From Candidatus Latescibacterota bacterium (GTDB lineage: Bacteria; Latescibacterota; UBA2968), in the NCBI GenBank assembly GCA_965208125.1, contig OZ242320.1, positions 5,184,001-5,248,000 on the forward strand: a stretch of DNA of 64,000 nt, read 5' to 3'. Positions 60,413 through 64,000 of this stretch are shown here, piece by piece (the stretch's first letter is position 1; each line of letters begins with the position of its first letter). The notes beneath the pieces are model-generated. The model did not search any database. It was given only the letters and a program-made list of their open reading frames with translations, and had not been told where the DNA came from. Both the position numbers and the translations under genes were made by a program.

Positions 60413-62528
60413 TTTTATCGCGTCCATTAAAGCCAATTTTAATAAGCGGTACCCAGGTATCCTCTCTGCGATAGTGAAGCACTATTTCACATCTATCATC
60501 ATACTGGTCATCTTCTTTGCATTTATCCTTCGATATTTCCAATTAAACATCGGTTTGCCCTATTTGTATTTCTGGGATGAACCCCTTACGACCAGCAACG
60601 CGCTCCAGATGATGAAAACGGGGGATTACAACCCCCATTTTTTTAAGTACGGCTCTCTGATGATTTATTTGAACCTGCTGATAGATCAGTTATACCGTAT
60701 TTATCTATCACTCACAGGCGATTTGGTAAGCGTGGCAAATATACGCATTGCAGCCGACACCGGTTGGCACTGGACGATATCTCATCCGGGCTTTTATTTT
60801 TGGAATCGTTTTTTGACCACCACAATGGGCACCGCAACAGTATTTATCACCTATTTAATCAGCAGGTCGATATGCAACAGATGGACGGGCATCATATCGG
60901 CCTTTTTTTTATCTGTTCTCCCAATCCACATTGTTCATTCGGGTTTTGTAACAATGGACGCGCCAGTCGCCCTGTTTGTCTCGCTTGTCGCCCTATTCTC
61001 CATTCTGTTTATCGACCAAAAGAAAATCATCTATTTCATATTGAGTTTAATATGTGTCGGGTTTGCCACAGCGACAAAATACAATTCGGGCCTGGCAATA
61101 TTGCTCCCCATTGCATCGCTAATTTGGATGTCTTATCGGGATGGAATCCCGCACCCAAAATTTTATTGGCTCGCGGTTCCAGGCCTGCCAGCGGTGACCT
61201 TCTTTCTCTCTATGCCCTACGCAATTCTCGACTTTCCAAATTTTATTAAGGATGTCTTACACCAGATTAATTACTACAAAACCACGGGACACCCCGGCGC
61301 AACAATCAGCCCTGGATGGGATTATTTTGCGTTTCAGATACGAGAATTTTACCAAAACATCGGACTGACGGGCACTATCCTGTTCGCAATCGGTCTCGCT
61401 GGGATAATTTCTCGCCCTGTATTGCTTCTGATCTTATTATTCCCTGCGAGCTATCTTGTATTTATGAGCGACATGACCGTTAACTTTCACAGAAATTTTA
61501 TACAGGTGTACCCATTTATTGCCATCTTTTCAGGTATTGCGTTTTACAATCTGCATGCGGCATTGACGCGCTTTTATCCAAAACTCAAAAAACCAGTTCC
61601 AATTGTGGGTATTGCAGCCATGCTCGTTTTACTCCCGCGTGCTTATGACGCCTATCAAACGGGCGTGGTATTGCACAACACCAGAGATACCAGAAGCGCG
61701 GTTATAGATACGCTCAACGCAATGGAAGATGTGCAAAAAGTCGTCTTTGCCAGAGAACTGAGAGTTCACGAACAAGACCTCGACAGATTAAAATACGACT
61801 ATTCGATACACCCCATAGAAATAATGAGCGTGGAACAAAATCGAGACCACACACACTATGTCTTACCAGCCAAAATATCTCAGATTTATACCTATTACCA
61901 GGAAGAAATACAGACCAAACAAGAAATCATCGACAAAATTCCCGACGAGCATATTCTGCAATACATCGACAACAATTACATCGGACAAAATATTGGCAAA
62001 GATTACATCAAACAAAATGCCGCAACCATGCTCGATGTATTTTCCACAAGTCCCTCGCTGATCATCGCAAATCAGATACTGCACGAACCGTTGCACCCTG
62101 GCACTATTGCATTTGATACCTGCACGCTATCTCCCACAGGCGTGCAAATCAACATCCGCAATACCGCAACACTCCGCGATGGCGTAATAACAACCCCGTC
62201 CTACGACCTGAAAAGCGGGAAATACCTGTTCACATTTCAAGCAAACAAATCTGCGACACCAGAACGCTCCAAAAGCTTTGTCTTTGGAGAATACGAAACA
62301 AAAATCACCGTAAAACGCCTGAACGCATTCCGCGAACATGCGAGCATCAAGGTCTCAATCTTTGCGGACCAGGCACTCTTAACACAACAAATATTCATCC
62401 CAACAGAGAACTTCGCTCAAATGGACGCCTTTTTTTCGCTCGAAAAAAATCAGCGCGTTTCAGTCCAAATAGAAAATCTCCATCCTGTGAAAACAACGAT
62501 TAAGCAACTGAAAATATTGGCTTTGTAA
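60405..62528 (+). CDS. GT-C (GT39/PMT-like) glycosyltransferase with C-terminal soluble domain
   Basis: FWDE, YNPHFFKYGS, ATKY, PYAILD, RNF; 11-13 TM helices. Confidence 0.78.
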   Translation: MSDFIASIKANFNKRYPGILSAIVKHYFTSIIILVIFFAFILRYFQLNIGLPYLYFWDEPLTTSNALQMMKTGDYNPHFFKYGSLMIYLNLLIDQLYRIYLSLTGDLVSVANIRIAADTGWHWTISHPGFYFWNRFLTTTMGTATVFITYLISRSICNRWTGIISAFFLSVLPIHIVHSGFVTMDAPVALFVSLVALFSILFIDQKKIIYFILSLICVGFATATKYNSGLAILLPIASLIWMSYRDGIPHPKFYWLAVPGLPAVTFFLSMPYAILDFPNFIKDVLHQINYYKTTGHPGATISPGWDYFAFQIREFYQNIGLTGTILFAIGLAGIISRPVLLLILLFPASYLVFMSDMTVNFHRNFIQVYPFIAIFSGIAFYNLHAALTRFYPKLKKPVPIVGIAAMLVLLPRAYDAYQTGVVLHNTRDTRSAVIDTLNAMEDVQKVVFARELRVHEQDLDRLKYDYSIHPIEIMSVEQNRDHTHYVLPAKISQIYTYYQEEIQTKQEIIDKIPDEHILQYIDNNYIGQNIGKDYIKQNAATMLDVFSTSPSLIIANQILHEPLHPGTIAFDTCTLSPTGVQINIRNTATLRDGVITTPSYDLKSGKYLFTFQANKSATPERSKSFVFGEYETKITVKRLNAFREHASIKVSIFADQALLTQQIFIPTENFAQMDAFFSLEKNQRVSVQIENLHPVKTTIKQLKILAL

Positions 62529-62642
62529 AATTTTCAAACTGTTGTAAAAATTCACACCTGTGCCATAGCGTCACATATTCCGCATTCTCCATTCTGATTG
62601 TATCCTATTGTAATTCAATAACTTAAAACAAATCTCCTTAAT

Positions 62643-62658
62643 TGGCACGCCATTTGCA
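62643..62658 (+). promoter_or_regulatory. sigma54 (-24/-12) promoter
   Basis: TGGCACGCCATTTGCA matches TGGCACG-N4-TTGCW; IHF-like site ATTCAATAACTTA at 62613-62625. Confidence 0.8.
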
Positions 62659-62702
62659 TAACACTTTTACCGCACGCAAAAACCTCAACGGAGAAATGTG
62701 CG

Positions 62703-64000
62703 GTGAAAACAATTTACTACACAGTGCTTTTGCTAACCGTCACGCTACACGGCTGCACCACTTATTCTCACTTCTCGGGCGACTTTCGCACAAGCTTGCG
62801 CGCGCGCAACTACGAAGACGCCCGTGCAAAAATCAAAAAGTCGAGAAAAAGAGGCAACCAATTGCTCTATCTCCTCGAGAATGGCCTCCTCACCCACTAT
62901 CAGGGCCACTACGAAACATCCAACCGCTATTTTGCCGAAGCCGAGCGGCTATCTGATCGACTCTACACCCGCTCAGTTTCCCGAGAAGCCGCTGCATTTT
63001 TGACCAACGACGCCATATGCAACTACCGCGGCGACAGCTTTGAAATGGTTGCCGTTCACTACTATCGCGCGTTAAACTACTGGTACCTGGGCCTCCCAGA
63101 AGACGCCCTTGTCGAATGTCGCAAAGCCAATTTGAAACTCGACCAATACGCCATTCACAATGGACAGGCGAGTTACAAAAATGACGCCTTCATTCACTAC
63201 ATCACCGGCCTGTTCTACGAAGCCACAGGCGAATACAACGACGCCCGCGTCTCCTATCAACACGCACATGACGCCTATTCATACTACGAAAAAAAGTTCC
63301 ACACCGCCCCACCTCAAACCATCGCTGAAGATCTCAAACATGTAGGTGGCATTCTCAACGGCGAGGGAACCGACATGCGCTTTGCTTCGCTCAACATCCC
63401 GCCCTTTGTACCACCTGTGGGCAATGGCGAACTCGTGATCTTTTCTGAAATCGGTTTTATCCCCCGCAAAGTACAGGAGGAAATAGATCTCCCCATTTAC
63501 GGAGAAGACATCAAACGCAGCAAAGGCGACAAAGTATCTTCCATCGCCACCGAAATCTCACACCGTCGTCACCGCGTATATCCCATTCGCGATGTCGAAT
63601 ACTGGTTGCGCGTTACCCTTCCCAAATACGAAGCCGTTGCCCCGCGCACAAAGCGCATTCTCATCCGCGCAGGAAATCGCACGATTCAAACGCAGATCGC
63701 CCAAAATTACGCCGCAATTGCAAAAACATCGCTCCAGGATCACTACCCGAGAATTATGATCAGAACAATTGCACGCGGGCTTGTGAAATACATAGCCCAC
63801 CGAGAGGCCAAAGACGAAAATGAAGTCCTCGGTTTCTTCGTCAACCTGTTCAACATCTCAACCGAAATCGCCGACACCCGCAGTTGGGTCTCCTTGCCCC
63901 ACAATATTCAAATCGGCCGTCTCGAACTGCCACCCGGTATTCACACCATCACACTCGAAGCACTCGACGCCAACGGACGCATTATCGAAACCGAAACCTT
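62703..64000 (+). CDS. COG3014-like lipoprotein (3' end beyond the window; absent from the ORF track)
   Basis: GTG start after GGAG; lipobox LHGC; LLYLLENG, YTRSVSREAAAFLTND, ALNY, DALVECRKAN, ADTRSWVSLP. Confidence 0.8.
   Translation, partial: MKTIYYTVLLLTVTLHGCTTYSHFSGDFRTSLRARNYEDARAKIKKSRKRGNQLLYLLENGLLTHYQGHYETSNRYFAEAERLSDRLYTRSVSREAAAFLTNDAICNYRGDSFEMVAVHYYRALNYWYLGLPEDALVECRKANLKLDQYAIHNGQASYKNDAFIHYITGLFYEATGEYNDARVSYQHAHDAYSYYEKKFHTAPPQTIAEDLKHVGGILNGEGTDMRFASLNIPPFVPPVGNGELVIFSEIGFIPRKVQEEIDLPIYGEDIKRSKGDKVSSIATEISHRRHRVYPIRDVEYWLRVTLPKYEAVAPRTKRILIRAGNRTIQTQIAQNYAAIAKTSLQDHYPRIMIRTIARGLVKYIAHREAKDENEVLGFFVNLFNISTEIADTRSWVSLPHNIQIGRLELPPGIHTITLEALDANGRIIETET

Noticed and set aside
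62642-63800. Short ORFs listed in the track at 62642-62956, 63072-63269, 63160-63345, 63314-63496 and 63558-63800
   Set aside because: They overlap the long open frame from 62703 that runs off the window end and encodes a recognisable lipoprotein.

Overview
Bacterial chromosomal window of about 50% GC. The gene content (WD40/dockerin-like secreted protein, Bat operon, PVM-like microcompartment) suggests a Latescibacterota/Gemmatimonadota-like marine or sponge-associated organism; this is an inference only. 1-18.6 kb (minus): core translation/transcription cluster, tRNA-Tyr, Gly, Thr, Trp, secE, nusG, rplKAJL, rpoBC, rpsLG, fusA, tuf, rpsJ, rplCDWB. RpoB has non-canonical residues at rifampicin-pocket positions 516 and 522, and S12 has a Gly-to-Ser change in its conserved loop. 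18.7-23.2 kb: a sugar-phosphate isomerase, a DUF4013-like protein, and a plant-type threonine synthase next to a plant-type cystathionine gamma-synthase. The latter sits behind a SAM-II riboswitch followed by two tandem terminators. 23.3-32 kb: a decaying accessory/defence-like island with antitoxins whose toxins are reduced to stubs, a helicase remnant, a PD-(D/E)xK-like protein, a split HEPN-like/Zn-finger gene and a disrupted metzincin-WD40-Ig-dockerin gene. 32-41.6 kb: Bat/VWA genes, DUF4340 and GldG-like genes. 41.6-51 kb: a bacterial microcompartment operon (PduL, 2 BMC-H, 3 BMC-P, aldehyde dehydrogenase, class II aldolase) translationally coupled to a sulfatase, an MFS transporter, an atypical acetate kinase and an enolase-superfamily enzyme. 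51-62.5 kb (plus): surface glycosylation cluster including a WecA-methyltransferase fusion. 62.5-64 kb: a sigma54 promoter and a truncated COG3014-like lipoprotein. All calls come from reading the sequence and recalling family motifs; no searches were run.
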